Notes under the pieces: model-generated | Databases searched by the model: none | The model's input: only the letters and a program-made list of their open reading frames with translations | Told to the model about the DNA's origin: nothing | Position numbers and translations under genes: made by a program | Part shown: in pieces, positions 25,419-44,848 of the stretch | How positions within the stretch are numbered: position 1 is the first letter of the stretch | How the letters are laid out: every line of letters begins with the position of its first letter | From: the human T2T-CHM13v2.0 reference genome, Homo sapiens | Reading direction: 5' to 3' (one strand) | Length of the DNA: 64,000 bases | Assembly: GCF_009914755.1 (NCBI RefSeq) | Contig: NC_060925.1

Positions 25419-25584
25419 TGTCTTAGACATTCTGACTCAGAAAGTCACCCTTAGGGTGAGGCCTGGAAATCTTGCTTAAAATAAGTCCTCCAATTCTATG
25501 AGTTGTAGGCTTCAAATAAATAAATGAAATAAGCCCTCCACGTGGATGCTGATGAGTGCTGATGTCTCAGAGCCATTGATCCAG

Positions 25585-25900
25585 CTGAGGTCAGCAAACT
25601 GTGGCCCAGGGGCCAAATCCACCCTATTATATATTTCTGTACAGCTCTTTAAGAATGCTTTTTGCATTTTCAAATGATTGGGAAAAAACAAAAGAAAAAT
25701 TACATTTCAGGACATGTGAAAAAGTTTAAATCCAAATTTCGGTATCCATAAAGATAATTTTATCCTACAGCCATTTATTTACTTATTGTCTCTGGCTGCT
25801 TTTGAACTACAATGGCAGAGTCGGTGAGTGGTGGCAGACAACTTTGAGTCTAAAATATTTATGATTTTGCCCTTTCCAGAAAAAGTTTGTGGACCTCTGC
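25585..25900. mobile_element. MER58B-like element
   Basis: ggtcagcaaactgtggcccagggggccaaatcc ... ctaaaatattt...ccctttccagaaaaagtttg. Confidence 0.7.
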
Positions 25901-26831
25901 TCTGGGCAAAGCTGGTTTGAATTCTCAGTGCTTGCTGAGGTGCGGCAGCTGTCAGCTGCACCCCAAATACAGGCCAGTTCCACAGAGGGAAATCAGTCAT
26001 CCCAGGCTCTGCCACGTAGAATCCATTTCTGTGCCACCAAGTTAAATTATTTTGCATCTCTAAAAGATGCTAAAAATGGCACTGAGGTTTAGAAAAATTT
26101 CCAAAGGCCCATCCTGTCCCATATCCAAATAAATAAATCTGGTTTTCACAACCCAAAGTTGATTTTATTGCTGAAAGTGTTGCCAGATATGCCCAGCTGG
26201 TGTTTACCTATTTCTCTACAGAGCAAATATGGGGCAGGGAGTTGATTTTCTTAGGCTCATTGGGAATGTCCTTGGAAGAGGGCTAGTTAGAACAGGAATT
26301 CTCAGGGTTTCATCTGAGGAATTTTTTTTTAAATTGAGACAAGGTCTCCATATGTTGTCCAGGCTGGTCTCCAGCTCCTGAACTCAAGCAATCCTTCCAC
26401 CTCAGCCTCCCAAAGTGCTGAGATTACAGACGTGCGCCACCATGGCCAGCCTCTGAAGAATGTTAAGTACAAAAAAAGAAAAGCAAAGCCACATGAAGAA
26501 GCAGCAGTCACTAAAACATGCTACAGACACAAGGTGCCAGATGAACTTGAGGATAGTCCTTAAACACAAATAAAATCTGTCTGTAGCTTTGGCATTAGAA
26601 GTAGAGTCCCAAGAAATGAGGCCAGACAGGTAGTTCATTGAGGACCTCACATAACGTACCATGGATGCTAGTAATTATCCAGCACACAACTGGGAATCAT
26701 AAAAGAGTTTTGGCCGAGCATGGTAGCTCACACCTGGAATCCTGGCACTTTGGGAAGCTGAGGTGAGAGGATCGCTTGAGCCCAAGAGTTCAAGACCCGA
26801 CTGGGCAACAGCACAAAACCCCATCTCTTAA

Positions 26832-27290
<459 letters not shown>

Positions 27291-27503
27291 TAAGGACTAA
27301 AAACTTTATGTTAAAAGTAAACCAGAGGTCGGGTGCAGTGGCTCACGCCTGTAATCCCTGCACTTTGGGGGGCCGAGGTGGGTGGATCACCTTAAGTCAG
27401 GAGTTTGAGTCCAGCCTGGCCAACATGATGAAACCCCATTTCTACTAAAAACAAAAAAAATTAGCTGGGTGTGGTGACGGGTGCCTGTAATCCCAGTTAC
27501 TCA

Positions 27504-27608
<105 letters not shown>

Positions 27609-27779
27609 TCAAAAAATAAAAATATAAAAAAAAAATTGGAAAGGTAAACCAGATAGAGGGCCAGGAATGGTGGCTCATGCCTGTAATCCCAGTACTTTGG
27701 GCAGCCGAGGCAGGCGGATCACATGAGTCCAGGAGTTCAAAACTAGCCTGGCCAACATGGCGAAACCCCATCTCAACTA

Positions 27780-27998
<219 letters not shown>

Positions 27999-28733
27999 TT
28001 ATGCTCTGAGATTTGACTTCTCTTAAAGAAGGGCTTTGGAGTTTACCAAATACCCAATTATAATGTAATTAGTCCTGAAAAAAAAAAAAGCGGGTGGGGG
28101 GCGGGGCGGCGGGTCAGGCCGGTGGCTCACGCCTGTAATCCCAGCACTTTGGGAAGCCAAGGCGGGTGGATCACGAGGTCAAGAGTTCAAGACCAGCCTG
28201 GCCAAGATGGTGAAACCCCGTCTCTACTAAAAATACAAAAAATTAGCCTGGCATTGTGGCAGGTGCCTGTAATCCCAGCTGCTCAGAAGGCTGAGGCAGA
28301 TAATTGCTTGAACCCAGGAGGCAGAGGTTGCAGTGAGCAGAGATCATGCCACTGCAGTCCAGCCTGGGTGACAGAGTGAGCGGAGTGAGACTCAGTCTCA
28401 AAAAAAAAGGAAGGGCGGAAGGGCATCTCTGTCCTCTTCTACTTCACTACACCCACACCCCTCCAGTCTCGGAGCCACACGCTTGCCCCACCCCACACTT
28501 GCATGGGTAATTTATTCAGGTTCCAACCTGAAAGCCACTTTTTCTGAAAGATCTTCAGAACTGGCTCAGAAAATCTGAGCATGTTATCACCAAAAACATA
28601 GTTCTTCATCATTACTTTGCTCCTTTAATTGTTCTAATTTCATGCTCTAAATATCTGTTTTGCGTTTGTTGTCTGAAGGAGCTTTGATCCCAAGTCTTGG
28701 TCTATGAGTTATGACATCTGCATTGTTTTTTGA

Positions 28734-29072
<339 letters not shown>

Positions 29073-29199
29073 TGAACTCCAGGCCTCAAGTGATCTGCCC
29101 ACCTCAGCCTCCCTAAGTGCTGAGATTACAGGCGTGAGCCACCACGCCCAGCCTGTTTACTGTGTTATAATGATTATTTGCTGTTTATCTGAAATTTAA

Positions 29200-29421
<222 letters not shown>

Positions 29422-29640
29422 TAATTTTTGTATTTTTAGTAGAGGTGGGCTTTCGCCATGTTGGCCAGGCTGGTCTTGAACTCCTGACCTCAAGTGATCC
29501 ATCTGCTTTAGCCTCCCAAAATGCTGGGACGACAGGTGCAAGCCACCTCGCCCAGCAATTTCATTTGTTTAAAAATTTGTGTAATGAAGAGTTAGACTCC
29601 TAAGGGACGGGGCCATCCACAGCCCATGCTTGGGCACGCG

Positions 29641-29750
29641 CAGAGTTGCCAGATTTAAAAAGTAAAAATACAGGACACCCTAGTTCAATTTAAATTTCAG
29701 ACAAACAACAAATAATCTTTTTTGGTGTCTGGCCCACATGGTATTTGGCA
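29641..29750. mobile_element. MER53-like fragment
   Basis: gttgccagattta...aaaatacaggacacc...aaatttcagacaaacaac. Confidence 0.6.
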
Positions 29751-29814
29751 CAAAGATGATACAAGTCTGAATCTGATCGGCAGGATTACTGATTTTGTGC
29801 CTCTAGGAAAATTA

Positions 29815-30369
<555 letters not shown>

Positions 30370-30986
30370 TAAGAGTTCTAGGGCCATTGTAGATCCTAAA
30401 TAAATACTGAGTCAAATGGAAGGAGCACATAACCAAGCCAAGATATTGCCTTGAACCTTGAAAAATGAGTGGAAGGAGCTCATCCCTAGAGGGAGCACAC
30501 TCTAGGCAAAAGAGGAAGCACCGTGAGCAGTGACGTCAAAACGCTGGAGAAGCAGGCTGTGGGCCAGACTGAATGAGCCACTGAGTAGGGCCAGCTCGTG
30601 AAATGTTAGGATGTGGCATGCAAAGCCATTGCAACATCTTTGAGGGCCAAAGCAAGGGGCTGTTCCCAGAAAATATGGCACTTAGAAGACCGTGTCATTT
30701 AAATCCACAAGACACTGTCCATTTTGTTTTACAATTGGGGCTGGTCGTTTTCAGTAATTGAAAACCTTCTGTCTCCTATTGAGAGCATCCCTCTCCTTTA
30801 AAAAATTTTTTTAAATAATTTTTTTTTCTTTAGAGATGGGGTCTCACTATGTTGCCCAGGCTGGCCTCAAACTCCTAGCCTCAAGCAATCCTCCTGCCTC
30901 TGCCTCCCAAAGTGCTGTGATTACAGGCATGAGTCACCATGCCCAGCCTGTATCCTTCTCTAAATACCAAGTTACTTTTCCTTTGA

Positions 30987-31091
<105 letters not shown>

Positions 31092-31626
31092 TGAGTAGCT
31101 GGGATTACAGGCATGTGCCACCACGCCCAGCTAATTTTGTATTTTTAGTAGAGACAGGGTTTCTCCATGTTGGTCAGGCCAGTCTCGAACTTCCAACCTC
31201 AGGTGATCTGCCCGCCTCGGCCTCCCAAAGTGCAAGGATTATAGGCGTGAGCCACTGCATCCAGCCCCAGCTACTTTTTTATTTTGTAGTTTTAGTAGAA
31301 ACAGGGTTTCACCATGTTGGCCAGACTGGTCTTGAACTCCTGACATCCAGTGATCCATCTGCCTCAGCCTCCCAAAGTGCTGGGATTACACGCATGAGCC
31401 ACCGTGCCCGGACTTAAGTTACTCTGGAACCAAGATCAATTGAAGGAAGAACCTGGACCACCCCCACCACCCACCCCGCCCACTTTTAGATTCTTATTTC
31501 CCGTTGATTCAGGAGTCTACACTGATGAGTTGAGGTGTTAATCTGATTCTGGAACTGACAAGGCATTCTAATACCATAGCTTGGTGTATCAGTGGCATGG
31601 TGGTGGCTATGTTTTCTAGATTTTCA

Positions 31627-31964
<338 letters not shown>

Positions 31965-32056
31965 TTAATTGGGGAGAATTAATTAATTAGTTGGGGAGAA
32001 TTTATTTTTATTGACCACAAACTGCTTGGCCATTTCCAAACTCAAAGAAGCCAAGC

Positions 32057-32075
32057 TGTTGCCACCTGCTGGTTT
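32057..32075 (-). promoter_or_regulatory. Candidate CTCF site
   Basis: The minus strand reads AAACCAGCAGGTGGCAACA, a good fit to the CCASYAGRKGGC core, in non-Alu sequence. Confidence 0.5.
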
Positions 32076-32847
32076 TTGTCGGCATTGACTTAAAGGTCGA
32101 AGGAGACACTTCTGAACTAGCTGGAGCTTTCCTGACAGAGGAAGCTATTCCAGGTAGTACAGTCCTGTTGGTTGGAAACTTGGTGCGGTTGAGATCTCAT
32201 CGCTTGTGAGGAACATATAAATGATACGAAAACTTTGAAGCTAAAAGTGTACCAATCTCTTCATGATGGGCTGTTCTGAAGGACTTTCTATTCTGAAGCC
32301 TCGACTAGGGGTTTTCAGATGAAGAACCTGGAGCAGGGATTAAATGATCCCCCAGGACAGGGCAAGGCAGGGCAGACCCTCCTTTTGAACCCAGGTCTGT
32401 CTGATGACAAAGCTCCAGCACTTCCCAGGACACTATGCTGTCTCTAAATGCAGTATTGGGCCAAGGAATGTGCTCAATATGTTGTCTTGTGTTTGAACCG
32501 GAATCAGGATGAATATAGATGCAGCATAATGATGGCCTTTTTCCAGCGGGCAGGAGGAGAAAGCAGCCACAGTGTTACCACCCAACACTGTTCGGCCCTG
32601 CGCTTTTCGAACACAAAATCTGCAATTGATCAAGCTCCCCAGGTGATCCCTAATGTGCACAGGAATCATATTCTTCAGATTCAGAATTCCTATGCACATT
32701 AGCAATCGCCTGGGCAGCTTGATAAGTTGCAGATTTTGATTCAGTAGTTTGGAAGAACCTGAGATTCTGCATTTTTAACTTCATATCAGGTGATGTTGAT
32801 GCTGCTAGTCTATAGACCACCCTCAGGGTCTAGAGTGAAGTCTAGAC

Positions 32848-33062
32848 CAGTGGTTCTCAGCCGGGGGCAATTTGCCCTCCTCCAACATCTGGCAACATCT
32901 AGGAACATTTTTGGTATCCTATGGGGGGAGCAGTGCTATTGGCATCTAGTAAATAGAGGCCAGGGAGGGATGCTGCTGAACATCTTACAATGCACACGGC
33001 AGCCTCCCATAACAAAGAATTATTTTCCCAAATGTCAATTGCACAGAAGTTGGGAGACTCTG
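32848..33062 (+). mobile_element. MER20 hAT element (MER5A-like fragments upstream, ~32500-32830)
   Basis: cagtggttctca...ggcatctagtaaatagaggccagg...gatgctgctgaacatcttacaatgcacacggcagcc. Confidence 0.8.
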
Positions 33063-33676
33063 TCCTAGATGATAACTTGGGTTCACCTTCTGCGAGAAGC
33101 TCAGGTCTTCTAACCTGGAGTTTGCCGAAAAATAAGTGTGAACTAGTTTTTTTTTTTTTTTGGTGGCCAGGTCTCACTCTGTTGCCCAGGCTGGAGTGCA
33201 GTGGCACGATCTCGGCTCACTGCAACCTCCACCCTCCAGGGTTCAAGCGATTCTCCTGCCTCAGGCTCCCAAGTAGCTGGGATTACAGGTATGCATCACC
33301 ATGCCTGGCTAATTTTTGTATTTTTGGTAGAGACAGGTTTCACCATGTTGGCTAGGCTGGTCTCGAACTCCTGACCTCAAGTAATCGGCCATCGTTGGCC
33401 TCCCAAAGTGCTGCGATTACAGGTGTGAGCCACTGGGCCCGGCCTGAACTAGCTTCTTTTGTTTGTGGAAGAAAACAATACACACTTAGAAATCTCCCAT
33501 ACAGGCAAGGTGTGGTGGCTGATGCCTGTAATCCTAGCACTTCGGGAGCCCGAGGTGGGCGGATTGCCTGAGCTCAGGAGTTTGAGACTAGCCTGACCAG
33601 CATGGTGAAAGCCTGTCTCTACTAAAAATACAAAAAATTAGCTGGGTGTGGTGGTGCGTGCCTGTAATCCAAGCTA

Positions 33677-33781
<105 letters not shown>

Positions 33782-34158
33782 CTAAAAGAATTTTTTTTAC
33801 ATAAAAATATAAAAAATAAAAAACCTCCCGCCAGGTGCAGTGGCTCATGCCTGTAATCCTGGCACTTTGGGAGGCCCAGCAGGGAGCTTTGATCCCACCA
33901 CTGCACTGCAGCCTGGGCGACAGTGTGACTGAGACCCTGTCTCAAAAAAGAAAAAAAAAAAGATTAAATACAACACAGCCAACATAACTGACACATCAAC
34001 TTATAAAAAACCACCTACAGCCGGGCATGGTGGCTCACGCCTGTAATCCTAGCACTTTAGGAGGCCGAGGCAGGTGGATCACGAGGTCAGGAGATCGAGA
34101 CCATCCTGGCTAACACAGTGAAACCCCGCCTCTACTAAAAAATACAAAAAATTAGCTA

Positions 34159-34446
<288 letters not shown>

Positions 34447-35009
34447 CTAAGAAGGCCTTTTGAGTTGTGAAGAACTCTGCCTGCATTAACTCCTCCAGGC
34501 AAGGGCTTGGCAGGACAGAAATCAGCCAGCCAAGTAGACTTGGCAATGCTTTTCTTCTTATCTCATGCGAGACCAAAACAACAACAAAAAGACCCTTTCT
34601 TTCTTTCTTTCCTTCCTCCCTCCCTCCCTCCTTTCTCTCTCTCTCTCTTTCTTTCTTTCGAGACAGAATCTCGCTCTGTCACCCAGGCTGGAGTGCAGTG
34701 GCACGATCTCAGCTCACTGCAACCTCCACCTCCCAGGTTCAAGTGATTGTTCCTGCCTCAGCTTCCAAGTAGCTGAGATTACAGGCACGCGTCACCATGC
34801 CCGGTTAATTTTTGTATTTTTAGTAGAGACAGAGTTTTGCCATGTTGGCCAGGCTCATCTCGAACTCCTGACCTCAGGTGATCCACCGGCCTCAGCCTCC
34901 CAAAGTGCTGGGATTACAGGCATGAGTCACTGCGCCCAGCCCTAAAAGACCCTTTCTATTGTGATTTATTCCCCAGGATATCTTGATAGAACTATTACTG
35001 TAAACCTAG

Positions 35010-35232
35010 AACAGAGGTCAGCAAACTTTTTCTGTAAAGGTCAGATAGTAAATATCTTAGGCTTTGCAGATTTTATGGTCTCTGTGGCAAGTACTCAACG
35101 CTGTCACTGTAGCACAAAAGCAGCCAGAGGCAATAATTACCCAGTGGGTCTGGCTGCATGCCAGTAATACTTTATTTATAAAAATAGACCCAAAAGCAAA
35201 TGGCCCATGGGCAGTAGTTTGCTGACCTCCAG
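35010..35232. mobile_element. MER58A-like element
   Basis: cagaggtcagcaaactttttctgtaaaggtcagatagtaaatat ... gtagtttgctgacc terminal inverted repeats. Confidence 0.75.
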
Positions 35233-37016
35233 TCTAGGCACTGAAGTGAATCTGGGGCCAGCTGTAGATCCCATGTTAGCAGTGACATAAGCAGCTGACC
35301 CCCGTTTATTTTAGGGGTTGGGGAGAGAGTGACTAATACATTGCAACAAACCAACTGCCCGCAAAAAATATAATGGTTTCCCAGCTTGACCCAGTGACTA
35401 AAAGCAGTCACTCACACCACCGAAATTCAATATAAGTAGTTCTATTTTCTCCCTCTGAAGTTGACACTGCAGGTGCTCTAATTTATCGCAAAGCATTAAT
35501 TAACTACCTAAGATGTACTTAGCATTTCTGGGAGCACTGAGGAATGAAAAAACATGTTACAGTCCATGTTCTGAAGCAGTTTCCTTGGTGTAACCATGGT
35601 GCTAAGACATAGACACACAATCACAGCACTTTCAAACACCCATGGAGAGGTTATTCAGTAAATGTGCATGAAAAATTGGTTAGGCATTTGGAAAAAGATG
35701 AAACCTGGTTGGGAGGCCAAGGCGGGTGGATCATGACATCAGGAGTTCAAGATCAGCCTGGCCAACATGGTGAAACCCCGTCTCTACTAAAAATACAAAA
35801 ATCAGCCGGGTGTGATGGCGCATGCCTGTAATCCCAGCTACTCAGGAGACTGAGGCAGGAGAATTGATTGAACCCGGGAGGCAGAAGGCTGCAGTGAGCC
35901 GAGATCACACCACTGCACTCCAGCCTGGGCGACAGAGCGAGACTCCGTCTCAAAAAAAAGTAAAATAAAATAAAAACAACTACATGAGAAAATTTCTATA
36001 AACAAGGTCAAAATAAATGGAGCAATTCTTTTTAATATATATGACACATAATTAATCATTCAACTACAACAATCAATAGAAAATGATGAAACGCCTAAAG
36101 AAAAGTAATACTTCACAGAATACATCACTGATTAATTTTAAGTACCTGAGTAGATGCTTAAAAAAAAAAAATCCAGACTAAAAACAATTGAAATCCATCC
36201 CTTACGCACAGATCAGCATCTGTCCTGGTTTTTGGGTCACGTGCTCTCTGGCCACTCCTCCCGAGCATGCTCCCTCCTGGAACCCAGCCACCTGCTGAGA
36301 GGCCACTTGGAGTCACTCCAGTCTTCAATCCCAGCTGGCCCCAACCTTGAGTCATCCCAGCCCAGGGGCTGGACTTGCGAATGAAGAAGCCTTTGGATGA
36401 TTTCAGCTCCCAGCCATTTTTTTTTTTTTTTTTTCCTGAGATGTCTCGCTCTGTCGCCCAGGCTGGAGCGCAGTGGTGCGATCTCGGCTTACTGAAAACT
36501 CCGCCTCCCGGGTTCAAGCAATCCTCCTGCCTCAGCCTCCCAAGTAGCTGAGAATACAGGCGCCTGCCACTACGCCCAGCTAATTTTTTGTATTTTTAGT
36601 AGAGACGGGGTTTCACCATGTTAGCCAGGATGGTCTCGATCTCCTGACCTCATGATCTGCCCACCTTGGCCTCCCAAAGTGCTGGGATTACAGGCGTGAG
36701 CCACTGTGCCCTCAGCTCCCAGCGATTTAAGTCACTCCCAGCCTTCAGGTGTTTCTGGCTGAGTCCCCGGGCACCGTGGAGCATAGACAAGCTGTCACCG
36801 TGTACGTTTTCTGAAATCCCCTTACCACAGACTCCATGAGCATAAAAAACAGAACAAGACTCCACCTCAAAAAAAAAAAATCACTCCAGAAAGTAGATTT
36901 ATTTGGGAAGAATACTCATTGAACCAGGCTAAGCAGTAAGAGTATGTCTGGAGAAGGAACCTAGGAGTCAGGGTTTTTAGTTGGCATATGGCACAGATGA
37001 CTTGAAGGACATATTA

Positions 37017-37523
<507 letters not shown>

Positions 37524-38699
37524 TCAATAAAAACAAAACAAAACAAAACAAACTCTCTCTCTCCCATTAGAATGCTTCCTCTTTCCATCATTTGTCTTTT
37601 ATACAAGTCCAAATACCTTAACAAAATTTACAGGGCCCCGAAGACCTGCCTAGTTCTTTCTCCCTGTCACTGGCTGCAGCCACCCTGGAATCCTGCTTGT
37701 AAAACTCTTAGACAGTAGGACCCTTTTCTCAATCATGCCTTCCTCTGCCTGGTGTGTTCCGTCTCCACCACTGGCTCCGTTCCATCATTCTGGCCCAAGT
37801 GAAAATTATTCTCCCTCTGATCACCTGGAAAATGCATTCCATCTGCCAATCACTGAGTTTTTTTCTTCTTTTTTATTGTACTTATAAATATCTGAGTGCT
37901 ATCTTCCTTCCCTTGCTAGCATTAAACTGGGCTCCATGAGGGCCAGGACCTTGTCTACCTTGTTCAATGAGGTATTTTCAGGACCCAAAATAGTGCTAGT
38001 AGATAGTCAGTAAATGCTCAATAAATGTTTGCTGAAAATCAATAAAACTCCTTCCTAGATAAACTCTCATCCACACTTCAAAACCCAGTTCACAAACCCA
38101 GGAATTTGAGGCTGCAGTATCTCCTGTGACCATACTCTCCAAGCACTTGTTCTTGTTGCACTGTTGATGAATGAAACACCCTATGTTTTGTTTTTGAGAC
38201 AGGGTCTCATTTTGTCACCCAGGCTGGAGCGCAGTGGCGAGATCTCAGTTTACCACAACCTCTGTCTCTTAGGCTCAAGCAATCCTCCTGCCTCAGCCAT
38301 GTAGCTGGAACTACAGGTGTGCACACCACCATCCAGCTAATGTTTGTATTTTTTGTAGAAACGGGGTTTTGCCATGTTGCTCAGGCTGGTCTCAAACTCC
38401 TGAGCTCAAGCAATCCACCTGCCTTGGCCTCCCAAAATGCTGGGATTACAGGTGTGAGTGACAACGCCCGGCCTTGAAATACCCTATGGTTAATGCATTC
38501 ATGGAGCTCTACTGTACCTCCTGTCCCCTCTGTAGGTTGTGTTAGTGTCACTCAACACTGTAGCTCAAGGTTCCCGTCCTTGTCAAGTAAAGTCACTTCA
38601 ACTTAGGTAGGGAGCCCAGCAGAAAGCTAGCAGCATGGCTTGTAAATGTGGCTCCCCAACCTGAAGTCCTGATGAGACTATGTTATGTGAAAATGGAAA

Positions 38700-38772
38700 A
38701 TATTCTTGATCTTTCTGGGCCTCAGTTTCCTTATCTGTAAAATGACAGTAATAGAATCCAGGGTCGCTAGTT
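38700..38772. mobile_element. MIR core fragment (resumes after the LTR, ~41210-41310)
   Basis: ctgggcctcagtttccttatctgtaaaatg; downstream tggcacatagtaa. Confidence 0.65.
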
Positions 38773-41209
<2,437 letters not shown>

Positions 41210-41273
41210 GTAGTTAGCCATAGAGAGTTGTGATAAGAAGCCAAAGAATAAAGCTCCTTTAAAATAAAGAATA

Positions 41274-41279
41274 TTTATT
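41274..41279 (-). terminator. Candidate MAP1LC3C polyadenylation signal
   Basis: First tttatt (AATAAA on -) I found downstream of the stop, ~950 nt away. Confidence 0.4.
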
Positions 41280-42229
41280 TTAGAATACAGCTTGGCACAT
41301 AGTAAACATGCACATGGTTTAAATGACTTCATGTTGAGAAGTTACAGCTTTGGCATAAATATGTATGGTATAGAAAGACAAAAAGAGAATGACAGAAAAT
41401 AACTAAATAGAGTGAATGCTGGGGAAATCGAATAATCTCTCTAATGACACAGATAAGAGCACCTCCAGATGAGCTTACCATTGTTCACGCTGGCTTCACT
41501 GGGTTCCACAGAGACAGCCTACAGGCCAGAGATTCTCTAGTACCGAGCCCTAGATGGGACACCTGCCCACATGCAGGGAGTGAAACCCACTCCTTAATGG
41601 CCCTCCCACATATACCACAGAAGACACTTAAAATATTATCTCTAGCTCATTACACAAAACCATCACACAAGCCAACCATTTCTTATTTAGAATACGGTTA
41701 TATGGCTGGATGCAGTGGCTCACGCCTGTAATCCCAGCACTTTGGGAGGCCGAGGTGGGTGGATCACCTGAGGTCAGGAGTTCGAGACCAGCCTGGCCAA
41801 CATGGTGAAACCCCGTCTCTACTAAAAATACAAAAATTAGCCTGGTGTGGTGGCATGTGCTTGTAATACCAGCCACTCGGGGGGTGGAGGCAGAAGAATC
41901 ACTTGAACCCAGGAGGCGGAGGTTGCAGTGAGCCAAGATCATGCCACTGTGCTCCAGCCTAGGCAATAGAGCAAGACCCTGTTTCAAAAAAAAAAAAATG
42001 ATAATTATATAACTTTCAAGAGCAGCCCACATTTTTCTTAGAAGGACACAAGAACACGGAGCACAAAAACTAAACTAGGAAGAGCCACCACTCTGCTGCC
42101 ACTGGTTGGAGCTGATCACCCCAGGCATCCCTGCTTCTCAGACTCCTCCACTGTATACACAGGAGAAAACCAATCCCTTCTGCCAGCATCTGACACGTCT
42201 GTCAGAGCACACATCCTTCCCGACATGGG

Positions 42230-42452
42230 CTAGAGAGGATTGCAGGGTCTGTCCTCAAGGCTGCTCCCATCCCTGGGGGCTGCTGACTCCAGGCAGCCAA
42301 ATGTCTCCTGGGAGGCGTAGGTCATGTACACGAAGCCATCCTCATCCTTGTAGTCTCTGTAGATCTCTGCCATGGTTGCGCTCATGCTGACCAGGCTCTT
42401 GTTGTTCACCAGCAAGTAAAAGGCTTCCGTGGCTCTCAGGACCATGCGGCTC
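42230..42452 (-). CDS. MAP1LC3C: MAP1LC3C coding exon 4 (to stop); lipidation Gly126 at 42296-42298
   Basis: cccag| acceptor, 223 nt. The exons total 58+56+107+223=444 nt = 147 aa plus TAG. Contains [19 protein letters not shown] followed by a 21-aa tail. Confidence 0.97.
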
Positions 42453-43431
42453 CTGGGATGGGCAGGAGGGTGGTGAGGGTATGGCCTGCGAGACAGCCCA
42501 GGGATCTGCAGCCTCATGACACTCAAGAAGACTGAATTGCTCCCTTCTTCTTCCCTGAGATTTAGGAACTACAAGGCTTCCCATTTGGGTCAAAAGGGTG
42601 AGGCCATTCCATGGATGAAATATGACAACACAAACAGGTTGAGGAAACATGACAACACAAAAATGCTAAGCAAATAACTTCCATTTGCTATGAAATTAAA
42701 GCTATTGGGCTGGATGCAGTGGCTCACACCTCTAATCCCAGCACTTTGGGAAGCTGAGGCAGGCAGCTCACGAGGTCAAGAAATCGAGGCCATCCTGGCC
42801 AACATGGTGAAACCTGGTCTGTACTAAAAATACAAAAATTAGCTGGGTGTGGTGGCGTGAACCTGTAGTCCCAGCTACTCGGGAGGCTGAGGCAGGAGAA
42901 CCAGGAGGCGGAGGTTGCAGTGAGCCGAAATTGCGCCACTGTACTCCAGCCTGGTGACAGAGCAAGACTGCGTCTCAAAAAAAAAAAAAAAAAAAAAAAA
43001 AAGAAAAGAAATTAAAGCTATTTCCCTAGAAGTACAAAGGTGATGCACAGTCTCGCTGATATTTCACTTTTTTTTTTTTATTCCCCTGCCTCAACCTCCC
43101 AAGTAGCTGGGATGACAGGCACGCAACACCACACCTGGGTAATTTTTGTATTTTTAGTAGAGACGGGGTTTTGCCATGTTGGCCAGGCTGGTCTTGAACT
43201 CCTGACCTCAGGTAATCTGCCCTGCCTTGGCTTCCCAAAGTGCTGGGATTACAGTGTGAGCCACTGCGCCTGGCCCTAATCCTAACTTTCATTCTCCCTT
43301 GGCCATCTTCCATTCACACTGAACTAACTTTAACATGTAAGTTTGCCTAGAGAGAGGAAATCAGAATGCTCTTAACTCAGTAAAACAAAATAAAAAGAGG
43401 CCTGGGCAACATCGTGAGACCCCCATCTCTA

Positions 43432-43569
<138 letters not shown>

Positions 43570-44090
43570 CTAGGCGACAGAGCTAAATAAAGCAAAATAA
43601 AAAGACACTCATTCATCGTGTGTTCTCAAAAAAACAGGCTGCAACAGCGATGCAGCTTCCAAGCACTTTTCAACCCTGTTGAAAACTTACTCATCGGGTA
43701 TATTTACTTTACTCCCAAATCATTTTTTACTGAATCCATGTGTCAAGTGATGTCCTTTATGCTTTAAGAATAGCTGCCTGTTCTTTGCTGTACCTCTGGC
43801 TTAACCAAGGGAGGAGTGTGTTTGGGGGATGCTTTTCTCTCTCAGTGTTCTGAGCAGGGAACGTTTCCTTTGGGGAGAAGTCCCCACCCCTAGGCACACA
43901 TACACTTGGAAAAGGTGCTGGTCTCTGCAACGGACGCGCAGACTCGGTTTCACACAAGATCTGAAAGAAAGGATCTCCCGGCCTAGCTTGAGAGCCAAGA
44001 CTAACTACTTTAGGAAATTCTTAGAAATGTTGGCAGGTCTTTTTTGTTGTTGTCGTTGTCTGAGGGATTCTCCTTACCTGTTTAAAATAG

Positions 44091-44255
<165 letters not shown>

Positions 44256-44586
44256 TAGCTAATTTTTGTATTTTTAGTAGAGACAGGGTTTCACCACGTT
44301 GGCCAGGCTGGTCTCAAACTCCTAACCTCTGCGATCCACCTGCCTCAGCCTCCCAGAGTGCTGGGATTACAGGCATGAGCCACTCCGCCAGGGGTTTAAA
44401 ATAGAGTAATTCTAAGAGCATCTTTTCAGGGTACTAGTGAATCTAAAAGATGACTTCAAAAAAATCTCTTTCCTCTCTTCCCCTGACGTGCCCCCATCCC
44501 CAAAATAAAACTGCCAAACGAAGAAAGCCCAACAGCCCCGGCGCACCCAGCGCACCTTCCTCCGGGGCACGCTCTGCGCCACCTAC

Positions 44587-44693
44587 CGGATGATGCTGAG
44601 GAACTGGGTCATGGTCAGCTCCTGCGGGACCAGGAACTTGGTTTTGTCCAGCGGGGGCAGGAACGTCTCCCTGGGGTAGCGCTCCACTACCAC
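44587..44693 (-). CDS. MAP1LC3C: MAP1LC3C coding exon 3 (VVVERYPRETFLPPLDKTKFLVPQELTMTQFLSIIR)
   Basis: gacag| acceptor, 107 nt, CG|gtaggt donor; ATG8-family LDKTKFLVP motif. Confidence 0.96.
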
Positions 44694-44848
44694 CTGTCAA
44701 GAGTGTCAGTCCTTAAGAATGTGACTCAGCGTGAGTGTTAGGAACTTGGAACAGACAGAGGGAAGCTGTTGGCTGCTCTTGGTTTTTCAGAGAACAGGAT
44801 CGGAACCCCACCCCCACGCCCCCCAGCGGAAGTCCAGTGGTGTCTTAC

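Noticed and set aside
28092-28113. G-quadruplex-like run before an Alu head
   Set aside because: Isolated low-complexity tract with no gene context.
42453-42526. N-terminal part of the 98-aa ORF upstream of exon 4
   Set aside because: Intronic; the true exon starts at the cccag acceptor (42452).
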